Positions 13,100-26,948 of a DNA stretch of 64,000 nucleotides are shown here, one piece after another. Numbering within the stretch: position 1 is the first letter of the stretch; each line of letters opens with the position of its first letter. Under the pieces are notes generated by a model, which was given only the letters and a program-made list of their open reading frames with translations, was not told the DNA's origin and ran no database searches. Origin of the DNA: Nageia nagi (taxonomy: Eukaryota > Plantae > Pinophyta); NCBI GenBank assembly GCA_050084985.1, contig JBITNC010000002.1:28396001-28460000 (forward strand), given 5' to 3'. The position numbers were made by a program, and so were the translations under genes.

Positions 13100-15235
13100 C
13101 ATTTGAAGATGGTGGTGATAGTGGTGGATTTGGTGGTATAGAAGCTTGGACAAAAGCTCCATTTGTCTCTCCACTACTCACAAGCTTCCTACAACCTTGT
13201 TATACATACACTCCCCTTTCATCAAAGATCACATCTCTAGATTCACTAATCTTTTTGATCTTTAGATTATAAAGCCAATATGTTTTGCTTGCCTTTGAAC
13301 ACCCAACAAATGCACATGGAACAGTCTTTGGCTCAAGTTTTTCCTTAACTTGTCCTCGACATGGACATATGCTAGACATAAAAAAACCTTCCAAGTGCAC
13401 AACCTTGGCATTCATACATCACCAAATCTCAAAGCGAGTCTTGTTATGATTTGCACTTATTGGACTAAGCTTCAAAATATATTATGTCACATCAACCTCC
13501 TTAGCCCAACACTCAATGCCCAAACCTTTATGATGTATCATGCTCCTTGCCATGTTCACAAGATTTCAATTCATCTTATCAGGAATCCCATTTTGTTGGG
13601 ATGTATAAGATGCAATGCAACACAAACGAAAAATGAAAGTTCATCTTTTAGGACTAAATGCTTTTTGAGTTATTGTAGACACCTAAATTTGATTTGATAA
13701 AAATCATTTATTTAGGTATCTAAAAATGATTTATTAATTAGAGGGATATTAATAAACTAGAATTCAAAATTTCAAATTCAAGGGCATCTAATCGAAGATT
13801 TGTGTTCTTTTGAAAGGTATAAATAGCAAGATCAAGGCCATTTCAAAGTATTAATTTATTTGGTGATCAAGCTATCCCACTTCTCACATGATCTATTCCA
13901 TTGGTGACAAAATTGAGTTCCTATGTGTGCAACAAGGAGAGTTCTAGGCTATATCAAGAAAAATAGACATTTGAGCCGAAGTCTTGAATGAATCCTCCAA
14001 CCGCCTCAGCTTTAAAATTTACATTTAGTGCCAAAAACATGACCAATGTCCCTCATGTATTGACAATACAAGATCGATGTCCCTCCTATTTTTGAGGAGT
14101 TTCACTTCTAGGAAAGTTTTAATGAGATCTTAATCTAGTCTAGAGGCTTGTTTGGGCATTTGTTTCTTCATTTGAGCCCTCCAAGGTAATTAATTCAACG
14201 ATAATCTAATGAAAAAGACACTGACATCATTTTATGCAAAGTTGAAGATCTATGTATGCCAAAATGGAGAATTTGTAGGCAAATCAAGGTCAACGAATCC
14301 TAGAGAAGAAGTGTCAAGGTGATCAACCAACTTCCACAACTTTTTGTTTTTCAAAAACCTCCAAAAACAAGACTAATTGTTGTTCTTACTATTTTTGAGG
14401 AGTTTCAACCCCAATAAAGTTCCCAAGGCATCTTGATTTAATCTAGAGGCCTTTTTGGACATCCATTACAATTTTCAATTGATTCTTTGTAATGTTCCCA
14501 AATTATTCTTATTCCGAAACTATTAGTAAACAAGCAATAATTCAAGAAATGAGCTAAAAGAATGTATCAACACTACATGTAACATCCCCTTTGAATAAAA
14601 AATAAATAAATTTGGAATCCTAGAGATTCCCTTTTTTTAAATATTTTATTTATTCATGTATTTGTTGTTATGTACTTGGGATAGAAATATAATGATCCAT
14701 TGGACCCACGTTGTGAGCCCCATGAGGGATATTTTCCTCCCAACCTAAGATGTATTATTTTATTTATCATTTAATGCACTTGGGGATCCTAAAATGATTG
14801 TGGGAATCCCAAGCCTCATGTAACATCTAAATTAGCATAATGCACACCTAGAACTCAATTATGGGCTTCAGCACTTGTGCCAACCTTGGGGAGTCTTCTA
14901 GACCTCCACGTTGGCCCATGATGACACCCTAGCACCCATGCATGACTCCTAGACCCACGTGTGTGATGTCCCCCTTGTAGTTTCGATGGGACCCATTGGG
15001 TCATCTTGTATTATATTCCTTTCATGTATTTGCATTCATTGTGTTGTATCTTAGGATAGGAGTTTAATGGGTCTTGTGGACCCCACTGTGAGCCCCAAGT
15101 GGGACGTCTCCCTCCTAAGAAGTAGAATAGGTTTATTATGTAATTGGAGATCCTGGATTGTGGGAATCCCAAAGTGTATTCATGTCCCCAAGTATTGGAC
15201 GATTACCACCATGCTTGCATTATGTTCGAGAGTGG

Positions 15236-15410
15236 CCCCACACCCCACATTGGCACTTAAAGTGCCTGAGACCCCCACGTTGGCAGTAAAGGTGCTTGGG
15301 ACCCCCACGTTGGCACTAAAGGTGCCTAGGTCCCCCACGTTGGCATTAAAGGTGCCTGGGACCCCCACATTGGCATTAAAGGTGCCTGGGACCCCCACAT
15401 TGGCATCATT
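15236..15410 (+). repeat. 30-bp tandem repeat (~6 copies) in an LTR U3 region
   Basis: Unit ACCCCCAC(G/A)TTGGCA(T/C)TAAAGGTGCCTGGG. It explains the repetitive ORFs 15067-15429 and 15180-15416. Confidence 0.9.
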
Positions 15411-15626
15411 GGGCAAACATAATAGCTAGTTAAGTCGATGGGGCCCTCAAATGATCAACGTTGGATTAGAAGAGATGGGCATGATTTCGAGATGGTTCCA
15501 ACCACAGGAAATTATAAATACATACTGGAGCTTCTCATTTGACACACTTGATTATTATTCTTCTACACTTCTACCATCCATTGGACAACCTAGCTTGGCG
15601 GCGTTGAGCAAACTTCCTAGGCGTGG

Positions 15627-16374
15627 TGAAATGACTCAATTTCTAATTTTTACACAAAATTGGATACTCAAACATAGAAATTAGCACAAATGTTGCGCCA
15701 CAATTAGAAAAATCAATCAAGATAGAATTGTATTAATTTCTAAATGGATACAATGAAAGAACATCCAAAAGGGTACTCAAATATGAACATAAAATGAATC
15801 GAAAAACTCCATAGAGTGGAGATAACCTCCCCCTTAGGCTTTCTATTAACTCAAAAAACACATAAATTTGGCTGAATATTGCTCACAAAGCTGGAAACCC
15901 CTTCTAGGGCAGCAAGGGCACAAAAAACAATAGCCAAAATCACCACGAACTGGTTAGATTTCTTCCACAGCAATTTCAAGTGACTAAGGGCACATCTCCT
16001 TAGTTTGCAAATGCAACAACAAAGCTCATCTCTTGTCAACTACAAATGCCTCCAACAAAGCTAAGGCAGATCTAAACAATGGTGGAGTTTGAGCAGGGTG
16101 CAAACTTCCTCAAGAAACCTAGGGTTTCAAATACAAAGTCATATAATAGCAAATACATATTCAAAATGGGACGCTCCATCTTCTTATATAGCTTAAGGAT
16201 CTAATTTCAAGTTGACATCTCCAAACCCTAATTTGACTTAACGTGTCTTATTACATCATAAAGAAATAAAACATATATGAAAATAACATATCTCCTAGTC
16301 ACATGAGTCCCTTTTCACTTTCATAATTAAATGTAGGAGACATTTACAAAAATATTTATTTTTGGGACATTACA
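15627..16374 (-). mobile_element. Solo LTR, 748 bp
   Basis: Termini TGAAATGACTC...GGGACATTACA with perfect TSD CGTGG. Confidence 0.85.
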
Positions 16375-16644
16375 CGTGGAGTTTAGAGGACGTTTTGGAA
16401 ATGGGATCTGATGTGGCTATGATTAGGTGGAGCACCTAATCCATTTGGTGGCATTCCGAAGACTTCATCTCTACCTTCAATGGTCATCCAGACTTGAGGA
16501 AGACTCCTTTGCATGAGAGGGACTTGAGTTGTGAGGAGGTGGCCACCTCTATCCCTTGATTCGATGATTCTGAACAGTTGTGATTATCATTGTGTTGTAC
16601 CCTAGATTGGCTTCATTGAGGCCAACGTCAATCTTTTGGCTCAT

Positions 16645-19600
16645 TGCTAAGAGATTTGAACTATAACACGAACATCTCGAATCTCCCAAGATCACATGAA
16701 AGCTCACAAACACAACTAACAAACTCACAAAGCAATCTCACAATGTAACACAAGATGTAAGTGATTCCTTCAACTAGGAGTACATCCACTAACTAAATCT
16801 TTACATCAATTACAAATACAACTCTCTTACAATCCTTCTAATCTCAACTCCTAAGCACTATCCTATAGCATAACTTTACTCCACAAATTGGTGTGTGATC
16901 ACAAAGAGAGAGCCTTCTATTTATAGGCCAAAATCCCTCTTTGGATCACCCTTTTATCCAATGTACAAAAGCATGACATGCACATCCTTTTACTCAAGAG
17001 GCATACTCATGACATGGAGTGTAGGACAAGTTGCATTATTATATTCACTTAAATACTTAAGGTATTAGATGATACCCTTAAGTATTAGTGAATTTACATA
17101 GAAGATTATTACATAACCTTTACAATAATGCATTATACATTCCAACACTCCCCCTTTATGCAATATTGGGATAGAGCGAATAAGAGAGAAGAAAGAGAGA
17201 GTATGAGAGTTCTCCTCCAAATAGATATAATAGAGATAAGAACTTTTTACATATTTGTGAAGAAAGATCTAGTTTGAGACTCACTATTTTGCCAAATACA
17301 ATCATTAACCACAACCGGTTTCAATGTACATGAAGTAGTCATCCAACTGGAAGTCATGAAGAGTCTCAAAGAGCCTGCATACCTGAGATAACCTACAATC
17401 TCAAAGGAACCTGCAAGTCATAAGCAACTCAAATAACAAGATCAGTTAAATGCAACATATTCATATCAACAAGGATAGATGAATCACTCAAATGCCATCA
17501 TGAACTGATCAATGGTGCATTATAAGTCATCACGAAAATGCTAAGCCAAAAACTCATAGTCACCTACTGTATATAAAAATGTGCTGATTATCATTACAAA
17601 ATAAAGCATGCACATATGAATTCCTCACATATGGATAACTAAACAGTGCTAAAAGACACATAAGAGTTTCTGACATATGGATAATTGAACAATGCTAGAT
17701 TGGCCAATCTTTTTGCTTTAAAAATTTGTACAACAAGTTCCTCACACAAAGTGCGCTTACCATGAAGGTGTAAAACAAAATCAACACTATACAACACAAA
17801 ATCCTCCTAGGGGTGAAGTTGTCATCACAAACATGAATTCAACACAAGAATTCAAACTTCACTCCCCCTTGAAAGCAACTTCACCAACCCAATAGCATCT
17901 CTAAGCTTACAGAACTGAGCTTCCGGAAGGGGCTTGGTGATCAAACCAGCAGAGTTCAAGGTGGATGGACAATACTCCAGGTGTATAATGCCATCAAGAA
18001 CCTTCCCTCTGATAAAATGGGCATGGATTTCCAAATGTTTTGTTCTCTAATGGAACACAAGATTCTTAGTCAAAGAAATAGCTGACTGATTGTCTGAAGA
18101 AATCACAAATGAGCCACCTTGCTCATACCCAATTTCTTTCAGAAGATGCCTTAGCCAAATGGCTTCCTGGGCTGCAACAAACATGACACAATATTCAGCT
18201 TCTGTGGTGAAAAGAAAAACAGTAGGCTGCTTCTTGGAAGCCCAAGAGATAGCACCTAAACCAATGCTAAACACATACGCAGAGGTTGATTTCCTGTCAT
18301 CTCTATCTCCCCCATAGTCAAGAATCTAAGAATCTAGAGAGAACAAATGAGGGCAACTTAGAATACTTGAAAGCAAGATCCTTAGTCCCTACAACATACC
18401 TCAAGATTTGCTTAAAAAGATTGAGGTGCTCAACATATGGTTTCTGCATGAATCATGCCATCAAATTCACTGCAAAGGCACTATTTGGCTTGAGTATAGT
18501 CTAATACAAAAAACTATCAATTAATTGCCTGTAGCATCAGCTAACTGAGAGTTGAAGCTCATAGAAACAATGATTCCAGGAGAGACTAGGATCGTAGCAT
18601 ATTTACATTCCTCCATTTCAAACTTCTACAAGAGATCTGATATATACTTATATTAACTAAGATAAGTACAATCCTTGTATTGATACACTTGCATTCTAAG
18701 ATATTAATGCAAAAAACCAAGATCAGTCATTTCAAACGTTGCCTTAAGTTTGGATATACACTCTTGAATGATTTCATCATTGTTCCCAGTAATCAAAAGA
18801 TCATCCACATAAAAAAGAATCAAGACCATATCTTTTCCTTGATTGAGCACATATAGATCGGAGTCAAAAAAACACTTGGAGAAACCAATGTCTGCAAAAT
18901 ATCCTGAAATCTTCCTGTACAAGGCTCTAGGTGCTTGCTTAAGTCCATATAATGACTTCTTTAGCTTGCACACAAAGGATTCTTTGCCTTTCACAATAAA
19001 CCCTTCTGATTGATTCATGAAGATTTCCACATCTAAGTCAGAATTGAGAAATGCACTTTTGACGTCAAGTTGAAAACCTTTCCATCTTTAAGCTACAGAA
19101 AGAGCAAGGATGATTCTCACAGTAGGCATCTTTGCCACGGGAGCAAAGGTTTCCTCATAATCTACACTGTATTTCTGAGCAAAACCTTTGGCTACTAACT
19201 TTGCTTTGTATTTCTCAATATCTCCAACTGAATTGAAATTCACCTTGTAGATCCACTTATTGCCAATCACATTCTTCTCATTGGGATAAAGAACCAGATC
19301 CCAAGTTTTGTTTTTCTTAAGTGCCTCAATCTTCACTTTCATGGTTTCCATCCAGCACTAGTGCTTAGAAGCTTCTTTGAAAGTTGAGGGCTCATGCTTG
19401 TTGTCAATCTTGGCAAATAAGGATTTGTTCAAGGTCATGCTCCTTGTTACCCTTTGAGTTGGAGAATTTTGTTCCCGTGGTGACTTGTCTAGATCAATAT
19501 CTAACCAGTTAGGTACAACTAAAGAGTCCTCTGGATCATTAACATCCTCATTAGAAGCAGATTTTTCAGGAAGTTCATTGAACTTTACATCCCATGAAAC

Positions 19601-21450
19601 AAACACGACTTTGTAAGATGGAGAGCAGAGCCTGTAGCCTCTACGTTGATTGTCATAACCCATAAAGAAACATTTTTCAGCCTTTTTGTCTAATTTCTTC
19701 CTTTTCTCAGAAACAATGTAGGAGAATGCTTCACAACCAAACACCTTAAGGTGTGAAATGTTAGATTTTCTTCCTGACCATGCCTCAAAAGGAGTTTTAC
19801 CCTGAACAGCTTTTGTGGGACACCTATTCAAGGTGTAAATAGCAGAGCTTACAGCTTCACCTCACAAGAAACTAGGAAGATTACCCAACATGCATCTAGC
19901 CATTACCATAATTGTCCTATTTTTCCTTTCGGCAACACTGTTCTATTGAGGAGTGTATGGAATTATAAATTGCCTCTTGATTCCATATTTAGCACAATAG
20001 TCATTGAACTCATTGCTATTATATTCTTCCCCATTATCTGATCTCAACATCTTGATTTTAAGGTTAGTTTGATTTTCAACAAAGGCTTTAAAAACCTTAA
20101 AACTCTCAAAAGGTTTGATCCTTATGCTCAAGTAGATACCCAAAGATCATTCTACTAAAGTCATCAATGAAAGTCAAGATGTAAGATGCTCCTCCAAGCG
20201 ATTTAGTCTTAAACGGACCCATCAAATCTGAATGCACAAGTTGAAGAGGTTGAGATGCTCTTATTGTCTTATCTTTTTCAAATTTTTGTCTATGCATCTT
20301 ACCAAAAATGCACTTCTCGCATAGACCAATCGAAGGAGAAATTGAAGGCAAACCTTCCACAAGTTCTTGGTCTTTCATGACTTGAATACTCTTGTGGTTA
20401 AGGTGCCCTAAACGTTGGTGCTAAAGATTGCCTCTAGAACACACACTTGTAGCAAAACACATCTTTGATGGAATTTGATCCACAATGTAGACATCATCTT
20501 TCATTGATCCTTTAACCAATGTGACAAGTCCTTTCTTAATGCACTAAGATTGAGAGTCGAACTCAAAAGAATACCCTTTTCTAGCAACTTGGATCACAGA
20601 GAGAAGGTTCATCCTAAGCTTAGGAACATAGAGCACATTGTCAAGAACCTTCTCGTGAATCAACACACTCCCAATTCCTTGGACTTCAAGGGTAGAATTA
20701 TCACCTATCACAATCGTATCTTTTCTATACTAGTGAAAGTTCTCAAACTTTTCTTTTTCAAAGCATAGGTGATTAGTGCAACTAGAATCAACAATCCAAT
20801 CAGACGAAAAAGTGCGAGACATGGAGTAGAGCGTCGCAACAAAACCAACTTGAATATTCTTTTCTTTGAAGTTCTTTACATTTCCATTGCTTTTGTTCTT
20901 TTCTTCTCTTTTCTTTTTGTAGCAATCAACATTTTTATGACCTTAGATGCCACAATAGTTACAATTACCATCAAACATTTCCTTAGAATAAAGATTGTTT
21001 GCTTCGCCTTTTCCATCTCTTTGCTTGAAGTGGATGTTGTTGCCATTGTTCCTGCTGCTGCTGTTGTTGTTCCTATTGATGTCGTTGTTGCCATTGTTCC
21101 TAGTGCTGTAGCCATTGCCTTTTTTCTCAAACCTTTTGGAGGAAGAAGGATAAGATTTCTTTTGATGGTTGAACTTCTTGAAAAGAGTTTGGGTTGCTCC
21201 AAGAGCAATGTTATTATCCTTAGGAGAAAAAAATCAACATCTTATTGTTAAGGGTTTCCTCATGCTTCAAAAGGTGCCTAGAAAAGTTTTCAAAGGAGAA
21301 GACTTCTTCATCATCAAGCCTTGTTTCCATAACCGTTACAAAGTTTCCAAACTTTGAAGAAAAGCTTTGAAGAATGATGAAGACCATGAAATCCACATAG
21401 TGCTTTCTTCCCTTTCATCCTGTATTACCGTCTTGCTTCCCTTCAATGCA
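16645..21450 (-). mobile_element. Ty1/Copia element B: 3' LTR plus gag-pol pseudogene, 5' LTR lost
   Basis: 3' LTR 16645-17147, PPT at 17148-17155. RNase H 17852-18300 ([14 protein letters not shown]), RT 18300-19350 (LYGLKQAPR, YVDDLL), integrase 19358-20400 (HSDLMGP, RSDNGEEY, PYTPQ) and gag zinc knuckle ~20950. Many stops and frameshifts. Confidence 0.9.
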
Positions 21451-23272
21451 ACCCATGACTCAGCTAAAGCACTCCCAAATCATCCTATCTTCAATATCAA
21501 CCAATCCATCATCAAGTGTAACCATGATATCACCAAGTGCCATCAACAAGTCTACCCCATACTTGATGCCTTCAATCTTGCACTGAGAACTCTTCCAAGC
21601 AATCTTGAAGAAGAACATTAATGCTCTTCTTGTAACTGAAGGTATCATAGGATCATATGCTGCCCTTACAACATGAACGTCACCCTCACAATCCTCATTA
21701 AATGTCGTCCAAGCACTATTCACACCTACAGTCATCAATGCAGCCCTTAAAGCATGCATATTGTTGCCAAAACCATCATCAAATGGACCAAAAACGACCA
21801 ATGCACCAGCAGCAGTCACTCCCTCATCCAACGAAGCTTCCATAAATAGGAAAAGAGTCTTAATGACTTCCAACACAAATCTCCATGCATACATCCTAGT
21901 GTCCAAAAAATAATCAAACGAAGCAAGAACGACAAATATTTTGATAGCAAACCCCACAGTCTTTAGGAGACGGGTAAAGCCTCCACGTCCCTTATTGCAA
22001 AAGGGTTTTCCTCCAAACTCACATACATACCCCCTCCACAAGCTACCCTTGGACGTGCTTTCATCTCTAAACTCAAAATGAGGTCAGAAATAAAGAAATT
22101 AAAATTATTATGCAAAGCATACCTTACAAGAACTTGACGAGTGTGGAATGATAACTCAAGTGTGCAAAAATGCTCCTAAGTTCCTTAGAAGCAAAATGTC
22201 CCACGTACCCCTTTAAGGAGTTCTCCTCCCCTTCCACGTCCTCCTTGCCTAGCCATCCATCTTTATGCACCATCTCCAAACGACTAAATGAAGCCCAAGG
22301 AAACTAGTCCTTGATGCCTTGTAGTGTATACTCCTTCCCATCAACTTCAAACTTCATCATCAACTTTTGATAATTTGAGTGAATGTCTCCCAAATTGTAT
22401 AGCCACTATACTCCCAAAATCAAATGCAGGATGCCATCCAAAGGGCAGACGTAGAATTCCTCCCTTGCCACATAGTCTTGGACCCTTATGCAAAACTTCA
22501 CTATTTTTCTACCAACGTGAGTTTCCCATTGCGTTTGTCACATTGAATCCTTCAAACTCCTTGGTCCTGAGTCCCTTCTTGCGCACAAATTCTTCATCAA
22601 CGAAGTTGTGCGTAGCTCGCAGATCTATCAATACCATCACTTCTTGATTCCCAGCCATTCCCTTGACCTTCAGCATGAAATACTTGTGCAGTCCACAAAG
22701 CTATGCGATCATCCCTCCTATCGCATCCTTACCATCTAGAGTAGGACGTTCCTACTGCAAATCCAAACCTTCCAAATCCAGCTCTAAATCCAAAGCATCA
22801 TCTTCCGAAATCACTTCAATGTAATGGACATGACCTTTGCCCAAGCACCTATTGTGATGTCCCATTTGGACCATTGACAAAATGTGTCATGGTCACTTTG
22901 TAATGTAGTGCATAGTTAAAAAAATCGGAATTGAATCGGAATCATTTGGTTGTAGGATTCTGATTTTTTGAAAAATCGGATAAAATCGGCATGGAGAAAG
23001 AATGAAGGAATTTCTCCTATTTGATATTAAAAAAAATCAGTTTTAGCTAAATTTGAATATTGCACATCACATAGACAACATTCCATACAAAATAACACAT
23101 GAAATATCCAACATTGCATATCAAAGAAATTGTAGAATTCAATATTACATATCGAATGTCAAGTGTCAAGAATAAAAAACATTAAAGATTTTCAATGTGA
23201 CATAACAAAATCTGAATCACAAGATTCAAAACATTCATCTAGTGACTGCTACTACAACATTGCTATGAGCTA

Positions 23273-26252
23273 TCATCCATGTTTTGCTTTCCACAATCTC
23301 TCTTTTGCAACCCTAGACCTAGTTGTTATTAGAGGTTCATCATCATCAATATCATCTTCAAGAGCATCTCCTCTATGTGATGGTCCTGTTGCTAATGTAC
23401 TCCCTTGGGCCCTTTCAGCTTCCATTGCCACCCTTTCAGCTTCCTCTCCCATTGCAACAGCTTGTTCTTCCATCCTTTGATACTCTTCAAAGGTGAAATC
23501 AAAATCCTAAGGTTGTAAAATCAAAATGCATTGCCCATCAAAAGTTGATAAAATATATTCAAAATCAAATTCAATAGCTAATCTATAAGTTGAAAATTGA
23601 AATCAAAATCCTAACCTCTTCTGGCACATCCTCCAACCATGAAGCCCACACATCACTTGCATCAATCTCATCCAACTCTATTGCATCATTACTTGTTCCT
23701 TCAATTTGTCTATGACAGAGGCGAAGGTTGTAATGCACAAAAACCAAATCATTCAAGCGCTCATGGGTGAGCCTATTACGCTTCTTTGAATGAATTTGCT
23801 CAAAAGTGCTCCAGTTTCGCTCACACCCAAAAGAACTAGGTAGTTGGGATAAGATTTTTATGGCCACTTTTTGAAGATTTGGCATATTACCGCCATAATC
23901 CTCCCACCGTAGATCTAAAAAAAAAAATAGTAGGAAAAACAAATAAGATATGCATTTTTCAAGATGTTACTAATTGGGCAATTCACTTTAAAAAGATTGA
24001 AAATGCATTTTGTTACCTGGAGCTAGAGTTGTCCTTGATTCTATACATTCGATGGATGAGAACAAGTAGCCTTGTGCTTTCTTCTAATCTTGAAGCTCTA
24101 CTCTGAAAATTTTGGTCCTAATCTCCTTATTTGGCACCAAACGGTTAATAGCCTTGTGGAGACCTACAAAATTTAAATGCCCATCAAAATCCAATATATT
24201 CAAATTCAATAGGTTAAGTTGAAAATTGAAGGCAAAATCCTCAAAGTTGATTAATATTTACTAGTGGATACCTACGTTAATCTCCCCATTAACTGGATCA
24301 AAATTGTCTGCATGGAGGAACTTGGGGTTCAAGTAAATCCTCGCTCCATGTAGAGGCTTATGCAATTGAGTATTCCACCTACGATCAACCATGTACCAAA
24401 TGTACAAAAATCTTGATGCTTGATAACTGAAAAAAGTAGATATGGCCTCCTTTGCCTTATCCATCGCTTCATACACATACCCCATGGATGGCTTCTCTGA
24501 GTCCACAAGGTGAAGCACCCTCACTAAGGGCTCTGTAATCTACAAAGTGAATTATCAATTATACAACTAAATTAATAACAATTTTAATGAATTAAATTTT
24601 AATCAATTCAATATGGAATGATTCAGAATTTCAGACAGTAGAAAAGTGAAAAAGTTGAAAATTGAAATAGAATTATACCCTCAAAATTTGAAGTGCATCT
24701 GTCCAATAATCATCATCAAAGATATAATTAACGTTATTCTTGCCCTCTGGTTCACGTGCATATCTGAATTCCATCCATTTGTTGCTCACAAACATTTGTT
24801 TCAATGCAATTCGAGTATTAAAAATACTCTACAATGTAAGATATGATATTGCAAATCGTGTAGTGGTTGCATGAAAAACTAATAAATTTAATTTAATGAA
24901 AAATAAAAAAATAGAATATAAAATAATAATAAATGCAATAAATTGAAAGTTGGGAAACAATAAAAATTTTACCAAGACATATAAGACCCTTTCCATTTGT
25001 GAAATTTGTCCTCATCAAATGGAGGCCCCAAGTATGATTGTAGACATATTTGGTGATATTCATTGTTGTTTCCATAACCTCTTTGATCCAATCTACCCTT
25101 CCAATGTCTTCAAGAAGTAAGTCGATGACATGTGCAGCACAAGGAGTCCAAAAAATGGTAGGGTATTCTTTCTCAATCCTCTCCCTTGCTTTAACGTATG
25201 CAAAAGCGTTATCCGTGATAACCTACAATGTGCACAACATAAAATTTAAAGTTTTAAACTTAGATGAATTAAATTTTAATTATTAAAAATTTAAATCAAA
25301 AAATGATAACATGCACAAAATAAACCGAAACAAAATAGATAGAAAATAATAAATATACCTACACAACGTTCTCAGCCCCCACCTCGATGACTATCTACAG
25401 CTGCCCAAATAAATAATCACTATTTTTTATTTCACCTAATGCATCCACTGACTTCAAGAATACCAGACCTTCTGAAGAAGCAGCCAAAAAGTTCAACAAA
25501 GTTCTCCCTCGTGTATCGATCCAACCATCGCTAAGAATGTTGTAACCCTTTCTTCTCCAAATCTTCTTCTGCTCATCAATAACCCTCCTGCAATCTAAAA
25601 CAGCTACATCTAGCATACGACCTCTCAAATCACTATAAGTTGGTGCTTTGAATCTAACCATGTACTCCCAATATGGCGAGTTCGCCACATTGAAGGAAAG
25701 ATTAGAGTAATACCAGAAATTTGCAATTGCCTTTCTAACTTTCTCAAACTTATCCTTATTACATGATTGATCGAATGTGGTTTGGCCACCATGAGGTGCA
25801 AAAAAATCACACCTCATTGCACTACTAGAGCCTACTGGATTGCTCATCTTGTTGGTGGGGGTTTGCTCTGTTGTTGCACTACCACTAGCACCACCCTCTT
25901 CAAAGAAATGGCTCTGGGTAGAACCTGCCCCTGGAAACCTTGGAGGTGGAGGTGGAGGAGGAGTTGGTGGAAACCCTCTGGCAATTTCTAATTTTGTTCT
26001 TTTCTTTGCCTGCTTCTCTGCTGCCTTGACTTCAATGATGGCAACCATTTGCCTCTGGACATCTTGATCCACCTTAGGGCAAGGTCTAACATTATTCCCA
26101 ACCATTCTTGCTAAGTGAAATTTCATTTTGTAAATACCTCCACCAATAGGTTTCCTACAAAAATTGCAAATAAGAGTGCCTGCTGTTTTAGTCTCTGTGA
26201 CATATGGCCAAGCAACATCTGTCCTATCTTTCCTACAGCTTGGAGAACTCAT
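23273..26252 (-). pseudogene. Intron-containing hAT transposase, disrupted
   Basis: BED finger CNFC..GGGIYKMKFHLA, SDGW, FWTPCAAHVIDLLLEDIG, KPSMGYVYEAMDKAKEAI and GCERNWSTFEQIHSKKRNRL are present, with in-frame stops and frameshifts. Confidence 0.9.
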
Positions 26253-26928
26253 ACTTGCAATTGCAAAAACAAACAAAAAAGAAAAAAACAAATAGCTAAA
26301 GCCTTGGAGAGAATAAAAAATACCCATCAAAAACTCACAAAGCATTGGAAAGTTGGAAACTTACTTGTGTGTACATCAAATTATGCACCTAAAATGCAAT
26401 TTAGATAGACTAATCATTCAACATAATTAATCATGAACATAATCAATAATACTACAGATATTATATCCGGAAAAAGAAATTTTGAAAAGTTTTAATACAA
26501 TAAGAGACTGTTAACAATCTGTTTGAATCGATATCGATTTATTATAAATCGACAGCAATTGTTTTTATCATTAACGCTCCACTATGGATAATCAATGACC
26601 ACTATTATTGCGCTGATGATAAACTTAGGCTTTTATCATCAATTGAAGAATTCTCTGTCTACCGATATACAAATCATTAACGATTCAGCATCTTGAAATA
26701 TCTGTATCTCTTCCTGGATTGTTCTTCTTCACGTTTGCTCCTATTGTTTTGTTCCTGTATTGACCCTACACACAGAAAACAAACAAAACATCAAAGTGTA
26801 CCTGCTAACACATATAATATAGAGATATAATTGATATGTCAAGCTTACAATCTTTGTCTAACAATCTCCTGCTTTGATTTCAACAGAGCTTCGCTAGATT
26901 AAAAATTGGGTCCCTTTATTCACATACA

Positions 26929-26948
26929 GAGCTTGTATTTATAAGCTC
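26929..26948 (-). promoter_or_regulatory. Putative TATA box (TATAAATA, 26943-26936) inside a GAGCTT/AAGCTC inverted repeat
   Basis: Motif seen directly. It is followed ~90 nt downstream by an 83-nt GTAAGC...TTTCTGTGTGTAG intron-like segment (26848-26766). Confidence 0.45.

Larger units (their letters stand above)
6584..13673 (-). mobile_element. Decayed Ty1/Copia element A; left boundary approximate; interrupted by solo LTRs and 5'-truncated
   Basis: LTR end and PPT near 7088, RNase H DQLANIFTKG at ~8690, RT CLYVDDLI at ~9390, KHKARLVA/QMDV at ~10560-10720, integrase tail KLEPK..C.FVG at ~13300 and SYTSQQNG at ~13600. Confidence 0.7.
14578..16644 (+). mobile_element. Two successively nested, 3'-truncated Gypsy LTRs starting at 14578 and 14962
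   Basis: TGTAACATCCCC at 14578 and TGTGATGTCCCC at 14962. Both share the GAGCCC..GGGA..CTCCC block with other LTRs in the window. Confidence 0.65.

Noticed and set aside
26613-26645. Hammerhead ribozyme core (CTGATGA)
   Set aside because: No correctly placed GAAA or stems I and III. It is a simple hairpin.
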